From an uncultured archaeon (GTDB lineage Archaea; Asgardarchaeota; Jordiarchaeia; Jordiarchaeales; Jordiarchaeaceae), in contig CAZECW010000062.1 of NCBI GenBank assembly GCA_964510585.1, positions 47,525 through 79,524 of the forward strand: 32,000 bases of DNA. Reading direction: 5' to 3'. The notes below the pieces were generated by a model. It saw nothing but the letters and a program-made list of their open reading frames with translations, was not told where the DNA came from and did not search any database. This document shows, one piece after another, positions 17,897-26,959 of this stretch. The stretch's first letter is position 1. Each line of letters begins with the position of its first letter. The position numbers and the translations under genes were made by a program.

Positions 17897-19108
17897 ATGT
17901 TTATCAGATATGTTAGGGATAAAGGGAGATGTGTGGATTGCGGTTTTTGTGAAACAGTAATTCATTGCCCCAGTCCCCAGTATTGCATAGGCTGTGAAGC
18001 GTGTTTTCTCGGTTGCCCTTATAATGCCCGAAAACCAGTATCAGACACTAAACCCAGGGGTAAATGTAGAATTATCATTGATGGTTCGGAGTTTGAAGTT
18101 CCAGAGAGAATTACTGTTAAGAGAGCACTTGAACTAGCGGGATATAGGTTCACCAGATTTCCAGAGAAAAACGCTTTTTTCGCTCCCTGTAATACGGGGG
18201 GATGCTACAGCTGCTCCGTTATCATAAACGGTGAATTGAAACCCTCTTGCCACGTTGGGGTGGAAAACGGTATGATCATTGAAACAGTTACGGAGGGAAA
18301 AACTCCTTACAGGATAGTTGAGGGTTTCTCTCCCCACAGTGTTGGAGGCGTTGGAACGCCCTACTGGCTTAAAACGGGCATGGGTTACATTGAGGTGGCG
18401 GCTTTTGTTGCTGGATGCAATCTGCGCTGCGGAACCTGCCAAAATTATCATGTCACCTATAATAGTTCGGGTTTGCCTCTCACACCTAGGGAGGCCGCCG
18501 CAAATCTCACTTACATGCGTAAACGTTTCCGCGTTGACAGAATGGCTATAAGTGGGGGAGAAGCAACACTAAACCACAGGTGGCTCTTAGAATATTTTAA
18601 GGAGCTTAAAAGGTTAAACCCTGATTCTAAAGCTCGACTCCACCTTGACACGAATGCCACAATACTGACGAAGGAGCGCATAGACGACCTTATAGAGGTG
18701 GGGGTTACAGATATTGGCCCTGACCTTAAGGCTCTAAGAGTGGAAACCTTCCAGAAACTGACTAACATTGATGATCGTGCACTGGCTGAAATTTACCTGA
18801 GAACCTCTTGGGAGGCAGTGAAATACATAGCGGATAACTATTATCCAGAAAGAGTTTTCATGGGGGTGGGGATTCCATACAACAAATTCATTCACCCTGA
18901 CTTGGATGAGATTTATGAAATGGGACTGAAAATTGCGAGTATTAATCCAGAGATACAGGTGTGTGGATTAGACTATAGACCAGAATTCAGGAAAAGAGAT
19001 ATTATCCAACCAACACCTGAAGAAATGAAGAGGGTCAAAAAGACACTGGAGGAAGCTGGACTTAAAAAAGTAATTGTTCAAACAAGCCGTGGACACATAG
19101 GTCCTTAA
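17897..19108 (+). CDS. Radical SAM protein (activase-like, COG1180-type) fused to N-terminal 4Fe-4S ferredoxin-like and 2Fe-2S domains
   Basis: CVDCGFC...CP / CIGCEAC...CP; then CNTGGCYSC...SC (2Fe-2S type); then GCNLRCGTCQN (CxxxCxxC), ISGGEAT, LDTNA. Confidence 0.88.
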   Translation: MFIRYVRDKGRCVDCGFCETVIHCPSPQYCIGCEACFLGCPYNARKPVSDTKPRGKCRIIIDGSEFEVPERITVKRALELAGYRFTRFPEKNAFFAPCNTGGCYSCSVIINGELKPSCHVGVENGMIIETVTEGKTPYRIVEGFSPHSVGGVGTPYWLKTGMGYIEVAAFVAGCNLRCGTCQNYHVTYNSSGLPLTPREAAANLTYMRKRFRVDRMAISGGEATLNHRWLLEYFKELKRLNPDSKARLHLDTNATILTKERIDDLIEVGVTDIGPDLKALRVETFQKLTNIDDRALAEIYLRTSWEAVKYIADNYYPERVFMGVGIPYNKFIHPDLDEIYEMGLKIASINPEIQVCGLDYRPEFRKRDIIQPTPEEMKRVKKTLEEAGLKKVIVQTSRGHIGP

Positions 19109-19124
19109 TTAACTCTTAACTATA

Positions 19125-19132
19125 TTTATATA
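19125..19132 (+). promoter_or_regulatory. Putative TATA box of the OYE gene (possibly a leaderless transcript)
   Basis: TTTATATA 33 bp upstream of the ATG at 19158; no ribosome-binding site precedes the ATG. Confidence 0.4.
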
Positions 19133-19157
19133 AATCCCTTATCCATTCTCAATTACT

Positions 19158-21095
19158 ATGAAGAGTGGTGATAATTTGTCCAAGTTGTTTGAACCGTGTA
19201 ATATTGGAAGTATGGAACTCAGGAACAGGTTAGTTATGCCACCGATGGGTACGAACTTCTCATCTGAGGATGGTTCGGTGACTCAGCGTGCCATAGAGTA
19301 CTATAGGGAGCGTGCGCGTGGCGGAGTGGGTCTAGTTATCGTTGAAGGAGCTTATGTTCATCCTTTGGGCAAGGGTTCAAACCTGCAGATGAGCCTTACC
19401 GGTGATGACAAGATTCCGGGTCTCTCCAAACTCGCTAAAGCCATACAGGCTGAAGGGGCTAAAGCTGCGATTCAACTATTTCATGCGGGGAGGCAGGTTT
19501 CCTCTATGATTATTGGAGCCCAGCCTGTTTCTGCTTCTGATGTTCCCTGTATGCTGGTTAGGGAGACTCCACGTCCTATGACCCTTGAGGAAATAGAAGA
19601 AACTATTGAGGCTTTTGGGGAGGCTGCAAGAAGGGTAAAGGTTGCTGGATTCGATGCGGTGGAGATACACGCTGCTCATGGTTATTTGATTAATCAGTTT
19701 TTATCCCCTTTAACCAATCTGCGGAGGGACAAGTATGGTGGAAGCTTTGAGGGGAGAACAAGATTCCTAGTTGAGATAATTGAGAGAATAAGGAGAAAGG
19801 TTGGAAAAAATTTTCCAGTTATTTGCAGGATGAATGGTAGTGACTTCTTTGAGGGTGGTATCACTCTGGAGGAGGCCAAGAGAATTGCGCAGACTGCTGA
19901 GGCGGCGGGGGTTGACGCCATTCATGTTTCGGGTGGAATCTATGACTCGGAGAATGGTGAGGCAACCGCACCTATGTGGCTTCCCAGAGGATTTATGGTG
20001 CCCTTAGCCCAAGGGATTAAAAAGGTTGTAAATGTTCCGGTGATAGCTGTAGGTCGAATAAACGATGTGAAACTGGCCGAGAAAATTTTGGAGGAGGGGC
20101 AGGCAGACCTGGTCTCTATGGGGAGAGCTTTGATAGCTGATCCAGAGCTTCCAAGAAAGGCTATGGAGGGAAGATTGGGGGAGATTAGGCCATGTATAGC
20201 TTGTAATGAAGGGTGCATAAATATGCTGCTTTTTCTCAAATCTGTAACTTGTGTTCTAAATGCCGCTGTGGGGAGAGAGGAAGAGTTCCGAATTCAGCCG
20301 GAGAAGAAACCCAAAAAAGTTTTGGTTGTGGGCGGTGGAGTGGGAGGAATGGAATTTGCAAGAGTCGCCGCTCTGAGGGGACACCGGGTTTCACTCTATG
20401 AGAAGACAATGGAGCTCGGAGGACAAGTGCTTCTGGCTTCGGTACCCTCATATAAGTATGAGTTAAGAAGCATAGTCCCCTACTTTAAACACGAGCTTGA
20501 GAGGCTGGGAGTCAGCATTCATCTGGGAGAGGAAATTTCAGAGTCCAAAATTTATGAGCTGGAACCAGAAGTGGTTTGTATTGCTACTGGATCTAGTTTG
20601 GTTCTTCCCAGCATTCCGGGAATCGATGGCGGTAATGTTGTCCTAGCCACAGATGTTCTGGCTGGGAAAGCGCAGGTGGGAGAAAAGGTGGTTATTCTTG
20701 GCGGCGGTGAGATCGGCCTTGAAACTGGCTATCACCTAGCCGAACAGGGCAAAAAGGTCACCATAATTGAGCAGATGAAGAGGGTAGCTACAGAAATGAT
20801 TCCCGCATTCAACTACTATGTTAGACACAAATTTGCGGGCTTCGGCGGAAAACTCATAACTCAGGCAAAGGTAGTCGAGGTAACATCAGAGGGAGCAATT
20901 TATGAGAAGGAGGGACAGAGAAACTTGGAAAAAGCAGACACGGTAGTTGTGGCACTAGGAACAGTGCAAAATAGAAGCCTTTACGAGAATTTGAAGGATA
21001 AATTTCCAGAAGTATATCTGGTTGGAGATGCAGCGGAGCGGGGAAAAATAATGAATGCAATACATAGCGCCGCAGAGACGGCAAGGAAAATATAG
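19158..21095 (+). CDS. NADH:flavin oxidoreductase (old yellow enzyme barrel + 4Fe-4S + FAD/NAD domains; 2,4-dienoyl-CoA reductase / 2-enoate reductase / BaiCD-like)
   Basis: LRNRLVMPPM, EIHAAHGYLINQFLSP, NLRRDKYGGS, CIACNEGC...C (Fe-S), VVGGGVGG and ILGGGEIG dinucleotide-binding motifs. Confidence 0.92.
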   Translation: MKSGDNLSKLFEPCNIGSMELRNRLVMPPMGTNFSSEDGSVTQRAIEYYRERARGGVGLVIVEGAYVHPLGKGSNLQMSLTGDDKIPGLSKLAKAIQAEGAKAAIQLFHAGRQVSSMIIGAQPVSASDVPCMLVRETPRPMTLEEIEETIEAFGEAARRVKVAGFDAVEIHAAHGYLINQFLSPLTNLRRDKYGGSFEGRTRFLVEIIERIRRKVGKNFPVICRMNGSDFFEGGITLEEAKRIAQTAEAAGVDAIHVSGGIYDSENGEATAPMWLPRGFMVPLAQGIKKVVNVPVIAVGRINDVKLAEKILEEGQADLVSMGRALIADPELPRKAMEGRLGEIRPCIACNEGCINMLLFLKSVTCVLNAAVGREEEFRIQPEKKPKKVLVVGGGVGGMEFARVAALRGHRVSLYEKTMELGGQVLLASVPSYKYELRSIVPYFKHELERLGVSIHLGEEISESKIYELEPEVVCIATGSSLVLPSIPGIDGGNVVLATDVLAGKAQVGEKVVILGGGEIGLETGYHLAEQGKKVTIIEQMKRVATEMIPAFNYYVRHKFAGFGGKLITQAKVVEVTSEGAIYEKEGQRNLEKADTVVVALGTVQNRSLYENLKDKFPEVYLVGDAAERGKIMNAIHSAAETARKI

Positions 21096-21231
21096 GAAGC
21101 ATTAGTAATTCTCTGTCGCTTCATCGTCTAGTTTGGTTGTTTCATTTTATAGGGATGTGCTTTCTGTAGGATTCCTGCCTTTTTTAAGATATTTTTATGT
21201 TGGATTTTAAATTCTTTTGAACTATTCTACG

Positions 21232-21249
21232 AAAAGGTTATAACATTTT
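21232..21249 (+). promoter_or_regulatory. BRE/TATA promoter of the GRE operon, embedded in a near-perfect 18-bp palindrome
   Basis: AAAAGGTTATAACATTTT (one mismatched pair); TTATAA lies about 50 bp upstream of the GTG start; GGAGGG ribosome-binding site at 21279-21284. Confidence 0.5.
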
Positions 21250-21289
21250 TTTCGTTGATGAAATATTAAGCTAATTATGGAGGGTTTAC

Positions 21290-23674
21290 GTGTTAAAGGA
21301 AACTGAAATTTGGGGACCTTCCGAGAACTTGTCCCCGAGGGTTAAGCGTCTCAGAGAGGAATACTGGAATTTTGATAAACGCGAATACTTTAGAAATGAA
21401 GCCATTTCCTACACTACGGGTACTCCTTGGGACACTACTTGGATTCAGCACAATTTTGCCAGTGCTCCGGAGCTTCTGGTTTACGGTAATGCGGTGGAGG
21501 ATTCCTTTAACGCCATGGCTGTAAAGGTGGATTTGCCTGAAGGGTTTTGGGATGAGCCTCAGATTGTGCGCCAAGCAATATTCTTTCGAAACGTCTTAAG
21601 GATTCACCCAGTATACATTCTTGAGGGAGACCTCATCGCTGGAGCCCATTACGCGGTGGCAATGTCTCTTTGCCTAAACCAAGCTGAAGCTGCTGATTGG
21701 AAGGCAAGAGACACCGAATACATGAAGAGACTAAGGCATTATCTTGATTTGGGTCTGGGAACCACTGGGCCGATTCCGGGCCACATAATTCCAGACTATC
21801 CTAAGCCTCTCAGAGTGGGCTTTAAAGGCATTAAGGAAGAAGCGGAGGAAGAGCTGAAAAAAGCAACTGAACAAGAGAAAAAAGATTTTCTGAGGGCAGT
21901 CATAATTTGCTGTGAAGCAGTAAGGGAGTTTGCCCACCGACACGCAGAGGAAGCAAGGAGACAGGCGGCGGCTGAGAAGGACCCTAAAAGGAAGGAAGAG
22001 CTCCTAGAGATAGCGAGGATTTGTGACAAGGTTCCATGGAATCCTGCAGAGAGCTTCTGGGAAGCGGTTCAGGGCGTCTGGTTCACCCACATGCTGAGCA
22101 ACATGTCGGAGTCCTATATCGGTGCGGGCCTTTCCCATGGTAGATTTGACCAGTACATGTATCCCTATTATGAGAAGGATATAAGAGAGGGAAAGCTTAC
22201 TCGGGAACAAGCCAAGGAGATTCTGCAATGCTTCTGGATAAAACACAACTATGCCTATGACTACTTTGGTTTGCGGCTGGGAAGGCAAGGTATAACTTCT
22301 GGTTACGGCCAGCTTATGACCATAGGCGGCCTTGGCCGAGACGGAAGGGATGCGACCAATGATTTGTCTTGGCTTTTGATAGATGTTATTGAGGAGATGA
22401 ATCTTTTAGAACCGAAAACCAACATTAGAATCCATAAGGATACACCTGAAGCCTTCCTTATGAGGCTTGTTGAAGCCATACAAAGGTGTAAAGGTGGATC
22501 ACCCTTCCTACTCAACTTTGACAGCATCTGTGTAAAGGCTTTGGAGTGGGAGGGTTTATCCCATGAGGAGGCTTTGGATTACGGGGTGGTAGGCTGCCTT
22601 GAAAACACTTCCCAAGGAAATGATCGGTCAGGAACTGTCGATGTTAACGTTAACCTAGCTAAAGCCGTTGAGCTTGTTTTGAATAATGGAAAGGATATGC
22701 TGACGGGAGAGCAAATTGGTCCAGAAACCGGTGACCCGACCAGCTTTAAAACTTTTGAGGAATTTATAGACGCTTATAAGATTCAACTTAAAAACCTTCT
22801 TAGACTTCTCATAGAGTTGAACATGGACTTCGACACTCTGAGAGCCACCTATGAGAGGGTGCCCTTCCTTTCAGCCATAGTGGGTGACTGTATAAAGAAG
22901 GGTAAAGATGTAAATGCCGGGGGGCCGAAATACAACTTTACCACAGTTGAGGGAGTGGGAATAGCAACGGTTGCCGATTCCCTAGCAGCGGTTAAAAAGC
23001 TGGTATTCGAAGAAAAGAAAATCACCATGCAGGAGCTTATCCAAGCAATAAAAGCCGACTTTATAGGATACGAGAAACTGCGCCAAATGCTGATTAACGA
23101 TGCACCCAAATTTGGAAACGACGATGACTACGTAGACCTGATAGCAAGGGATATCTCCCGCTTCTGGTCGGAGGAAGTTTTCAAGTATCAAGCTCCAGTT
23201 AGTGGCAGACGCTACCGCGCAGGATACCTCTCTTGGAACTACTTCATAGACTGGGCTCCCAAAACGGCTTCCACACCGGATGGAAGAACCCGTGGAACCT
23301 ACCTTTCCAACGGTGTACAGCCAGTTCAGGGTAGAGACAAATCCGGCCCTACAGCCTGCCTGAAGTCCGTAGCTAAATTGGGATTTGACGTAACCCCTAA
23401 CGGCGCTTCCTGCGTCATACAGTTCAGCCCCTCATCACTAAGGGACAGGGAACACCTTAAAAAACTTGCCTCCCTGCTCAGAGCCTTCGACATTCTAGGC
23501 GGAACCGCCCTAATGACCAATGTAATCGATGCCGCCACACTCAGAGAAGCCCAAAAACATCCCGAAAAGTACCTAAACCTACTGGTAAGAGTAACAGGAT
23601 ACAGCGCGTACTTTGTAACTCTGGGAAAAGCAATACAGGAAGAAATAATCGCACGAACAGAACACGCCATATAG
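21290..23674 (+). CDS. Glycyl radical enzyme, non-PFL (PFL2/eliminase-like), substrate unassigned
   Basis: LLVRVTGYSAYF glycyl loop (Gly770), VVGCLENT Cys loop (Cys436, Glu438), GHIIPDY, GRFDQYMYPYY, PKFGNDDDYVD, TPDGR. Confidence 0.95.
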   Translation: MLKETEIWGPSENLSPRVKRLREEYWNFDKREYFRNEAISYTTGTPWDTTWIQHNFASAPELLVYGNAVEDSFNAMAVKVDLPEGFWDEPQIVRQAIFFRNVLRIHPVYILEGDLIAGAHYAVAMSLCLNQAEAADWKARDTEYMKRLRHYLDLGLGTTGPIPGHIIPDYPKPLRVGFKGIKEEAEEELKKATEQEKKDFLRAVIICCEAVREFAHRHAEEARRQAAAEKDPKRKEELLEIARICDKVPWNPAESFWEAVQGVWFTHMLSNMSESYIGAGLSHGRFDQYMYPYYEKDIREGKLTREQAKEILQCFWIKHNYAYDYFGLRLGRQGITSGYGQLMTIGGLGRDGRDATNDLSWLLIDVIEEMNLLEPKTNIRIHKDTPEAFLMRLVEAIQRCKGGSPFLLNFDSICVKALEWEGLSHEEALDYGVVGCLENTSQGNDRSGTVDVNVNLAKAVELVLNNGKDMLTGEQIGPETGDPTSFKTFEEFIDAYKIQLKNLLRLLIELNMDFDTLRATYERVPFLSAIVGDCIKKGKDVNAGGPKYNFTTVEGVGIATVADSLAAVKKLVFEEKKITMQELIQAIKADFIGYEKLRQMLINDAPKFGNDDDYVDLIARDISRFWSEEVFKYQAPVSGRRYRAGYLSWNYFIDWAPKTASTPDGRTRGTYLSNGVQPVQGRDKSGPTACLKSVAKLGFDVTPNGASCVIQFSPSSLRDREHLKKLASLLRAFDILGGTALMTNVIDAATLREAQKHPEKYLNLLVRVTGYSAYFVTLGKAIQEEIIARTEHAI

Positions 23675-23720
23675 TAAAAAAAAGGGAGGTAAAACTAGAT
23701 ACTGCACGAAGGGCACCGAG

Positions 23721-24644
23721 ATGAAAGAGGCGGTAATATTTAACATAGAGAGATTCTCTACAGAGGACGGACCGGGAATAAGGACAGTAGTCTTCATGAA
23801 GGGGTGCCCCCTAAAGTGCGTTTGGTGCCACAATCCAGAGGGGCAATCCTTCCAGCAGGAGATATTCGTTTTCGACAAAAGATGCATTGGTTGTGGAGAC
23901 TGCGTCCAAATCTGTCCAGAAAAGGCAATAATAGTTGAGGATAAAACCCCCAAAATAGATAGGGAAAAGTGCAACAGTTGCGGCAAATGCGCCGAAGTCT
24001 GTATTCCCAAAGCAATAGAGGTTGTGGGGAAAAAAATGACTCCCGACGAAGTGCTCAAAGAAGTGGAAAAAGACAGAGTTTTCTATGAAACCTCAAATGG
24101 AGGGGTTACTCTCACGGGAGGGGAACCCATCTCACAAATAGAATTCCTAGAGGAGTTCCTTAAAAAATGCAAAGAGGCAGGGATTCACACCGCCATAGAG
24201 ACCAGCGGCTGCACCAAGTGGGAAACCTATGAGAGAATATTGCCCTACACCGATTTGGTTATGTACGACTTGAAAGAAATGGATGCGGAGAAATCCGTGG
24301 AATACGTGGGCATCAAGCCAGACCTAATTCTGGAGAACGCCGAAAAAATGAGCAGAGTAAAACCCATGTGGATCCGTGTACCCGTCATTCCCGGCTACAC
24401 CGCCAACGAGGACAACGTAAGGAAAATAGCGGAGTTCATAGCGAAAAAGCTTCCCAGCGTTGAGAGAATTGATCTCCTACCCCACCACCGCCTCGGAGAG
24501 CCCAAATACAAAAGTTTGGGCAGAAAATACGCCCTTGACGGTGTAAAGCCCCCAGAAAAAGAGGAGATGCTCAAATACAAGAAAATCATGGAATCCATCG
24601 GTCTAAAAAACGTAATCGTAGTGGGACATGAAGATAAAAGTTGA
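23721..24644 (+). CDS. Glycyl-radical enzyme activating enzyme (long type, with 2x[4Fe-4S] ferredoxin insert)
   Basis: EDGPGIRTVVFMKGCPLKCVWCHNPE, CIGCGDCVQICP and CNSCGKCAEVC inserts, GGVTLTGGEP, HTAIETSG, IRVPVIPG; 46 bp after the GRE gene. Confidence 0.95.
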   Translation: MKEAVIFNIERFSTEDGPGIRTVVFMKGCPLKCVWCHNPEGQSFQQEIFVFDKRCIGCGDCVQICPEKAIIVEDKTPKIDREKCNSCGKCAEVCIPKAIEVVGKKMTPDEVLKEVEKDRVFYETSNGGVTLTGGEPISQIEFLEEFLKKCKEAGIHTAIETSGCTKWETYERILPYTDLVMYDLKEMDAEKSVEYVGIKPDLILENAEKMSRVKPMWIRVPVIPGYTANEDNVRKIAEFIAKKLPSVERIDLLPHHRLGEPKYKSLGRKYALDGVKPPEKEEMLKYKKIMESIGLKNVIVVGHEDKS

Positions 24645-24679
24645 TATTATAAATTATTAAAAAATGTGGAGGAGAACGT

Positions 24680-25090
24680 ATGGTTAAAATGCCGCCCAAA
24701 GTTCTGGAAAAATTCATGGACCTCAACACCATCAAATTTTTGGCCACAGTGGACGATGAGGGAAAACCCAACGTGGTCTACATACTCTCCATGATAGCAA
24801 TAGATGATGAAACACTAGCCTTCGCAGACCTAGCACTGAACAAAACCAAGAAAAACCTACTCTCAAACGGCAGATGCGCAGTCAGCGTACTCGCCAACAA
24901 AGAAATACAATACCAAGTAAAAGGAAAATTCATAGGCTTTCAAGACTCAGGACCACTATACGACATGTTCAACGAAGTACCACAACTAAAATACAACGCC
25001 TACTTCAGACCCCCAGCAATAGGACTAATAAAAGTAGAAGAAGTATACCTCGGATCCATCGTACCATCACCAGGAAAAAGAATCGCCTAA
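24680..25090 (+). CDS. Pyridoxamine 5'-phosphate oxidase-family FMN-binding split-barrel protein
   Basis: FLATVDDEGKPNVV, TKKNLLSNGR.AV, YQVKG; 35 bp after the activase gene. Confidence 0.85.
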   Translation: MVKMPPKVLEKFMDLNTIKFLATVDDEGKPNVVYILSMIAIDDETLAFADLALNKTKKNLLSNGRCAVSVLANKEIQYQVKGKFIGFQDSGPLYDMFNEVPQLKYNAYFRPPAIGLIKVEEVYLGSIVPSPGKRIA

Positions 25091-25644
25091 AAACCAAAAC
25101 AGCTCCCACCAAAAAAACCCACCCCACTTTATTCCACAAAACCCAATTCAATTACAGCCATTCAAACAAAGTCACCGATTCCCTCCAAATTACTTTTCAA
25201 ACACAAACGGGTAAAAATAAAGGTGTCAAAAAGAAAATCACGACTCCAATTTAAAGATACGAATCATAATCCTCAGAACCAGCCACATTACCTACTTAAT
25301 TAATATAAAAAGAAACCCCCTTCACACACCAAAATTAACAATTTAAATTTACAAGCAGACATGCCAACTTTTCCTTAAAAGGAAAAAAGAATCCAACGCC
25401 ACAATTTGATAAAAACCAGCAACTCCACGAGACAGACCTGAAGCAAAGCACGCCAGTTTTAGCCGCAAATAAGCACAAAAAATCACAAAAAACACCCTTC
25501 CGAACCAAAAAATAGAAAAATTATGAAAAACATACACAAAAACACAACACAAACAATTTTCAACCCGTAAACCAAAAACTATATATTCCAATAAAAAATG
25601 TTTATCTAGCAATCCCTAACAAAAAAATTAGCGAGGAACCAAAG

Positions 25645-25857
25645 ATGGTAGTAAAAGAATTCAAATCCGGAGACATAGTAATCAAAATAGACTACGACAA
25701 GTGCAACGGCGACGGAGAATGCGTAGACGTCTGCCCGGTGGACGTATACGAACTAGTGGAAGGCAAATCCACCGCCCCACGAGTCGAAGACTGCACCGAA
25801 TGCTGTGCGTGTGTCGAATCATGCCCCGAGGGGGCCATTCAGCACAGTTCTTGCTAG
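25645..25857 (+). CDS. Small dicluster ferredoxin
   Basis: 70 aa; CNGDGECVDVCP and CTECCACVESCP motifs. Confidence 0.92.
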   Translation: MVVKEFKSGDIVIKIDYDKCNGDGECVDVCPVDVYELVEGKSTAPRVEDCTECCACVESCPEGAIQHSSC

Positions 25858-25876
25858 GGCCTTTTTGGTAGTGCTA

Positions 25877-25910
25877 TTTCCTTTTTTATTTTTATTTTTT
25901 TGACTTTTTT
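25877..25910. terminator. T-rich tract between the convergent ferredoxin and membrane-protein genes; candidate U-tract terminator for the ferredoxin
   Basis: Long T-rich run starting 20 bp after the ferredoxin stop. Confidence 0.4.
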
Positions 25911-25977
25911 CTTGGATAACATTGTGGTGGGAGTTATCAGATGATGTTGGGGGCTAAAAAAGGTGGGGGTTTTGGGG

Positions 25978-26640
25978 CTATTCTTTGGGAATTCTCGCGT
26001 TGGCTACTATGGCTACTGGTAGGTAGAGTGTTAATGCTAGGGGTAGGAAGATGACGATTAGGAGTTCAATCCATGCCCAGAGGAAGAATGTTAGTCCGAG
26101 GAATATTTGAGCCCAGGGATTAGTGGCTAGAAGTACAATTATTGCGATGAACTGTAAGAAGCCCAAGACTCCGCCAACCCATTTTACGGGTAAGAGGTGA
26201 GACCAAGCTGGTTCGTTTTCCCGGAATCTTAGTGATAAGACTATGAGGGAGAGGACTGTGTAGGGGAGTGATGTGAATATGACGAAGTAGAAGAAGGGTA
26301 TGACTGAAAAGGTGAAAATGCCGTAAAAGACCCATATGTAGTATGCTAAGATGTGTCCCATGAAGCTTGGTGCTGTTAGGTATAGTGCGGTGAATAGGGT
26401 GGTGTTTAGAATGCCCAGGCGCAAAACTATTCCCATTGTCCAGGCTAACCACCAATAGACATGTAGGTATAAAAATCTGAGCCCCAGCCAGGCCACAATT
26501 AGCGAAACAACCAGAATTGCTGCGGCTGCTCCCCATCTTCTCTGTTCCATAACTCTTATGAACCTACTTGAAACACCTTTTGACACCAGCCAATGCCCTG
26601 CGAAGGCAAAGGCGGCTAAAAGAAGAACTATTTCTAACAT
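25978..26640 (-). CDS. Multi-pass membrane protein, function unknown
   Basis: 220 aa, about 6 hydrophobic aromatic-rich segments; no family motif recognised. Confidence 0.7.
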   Translation of the reverse strand: MLEIVLLLAAFAFAGHWLVSKGVSSRFIRVMEQRRWGAAAAILVVSLIVAWLGLRFLYLHVYWWLAWTMGIVLRLGILNTTLFTALYLTAPSFMGHILAYYIWVFYGIFTFSVIPFFYFVIFTSLPYTVLSLIVLSLRFRENEPAWSHLLPVKWVGGVLGFLQFIAIIVLLATNPWAQIFLGLTFFLWAWIELLIVIFLPLALTLYLPVAIVANARIPKE

Positions 26641-26959
26641 AGTTTAAGAGAACCTCTATCCCTATATAAGACTATTTGTACTGCCAACAAAAAATTTTTA
26701 GAGGATTTAGAAAATTTCAAGAAAACAGTTATGTAAATGTGTTATTGTAACACCTATTTTTATTGCTCTGCTGTTTCATTGTGTTTTTTAGTATTCATTG
26801 TTAGCATATTGAAAGTTAAGGTAGCAACATAAAAAGGTCAATAAAATATGAAAGAAAAATGAGGGAAGGTTTGTGGAGCCAGGCGAATTTTTTGTGTTAT
26901 TTGTGAAAAATTGGTTCTGAAAACATAAAAAATGTGTGGGATGGGTGATTGGAAGATGG

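Noticed and set aside
21290-23674. GRE as pyruvate formate-lyase or as an alkyl/benzylsuccinate synthase for hydrocarbon activation
   Set aside because: There is no Cys-Cys pair (PFL). The Cys loop has Glu at +2, unlike fumarate-adding enzymes, and no small beta/gamma subunits are encoded.
24874-25612. Track ORFs 24874-25254 (+) and 25349-25612 (-)
   Set aside because: Their T/Q/K/N-rich and F/V/C/L-rich compositions are explained by the local A/C skew; no coding motifs.
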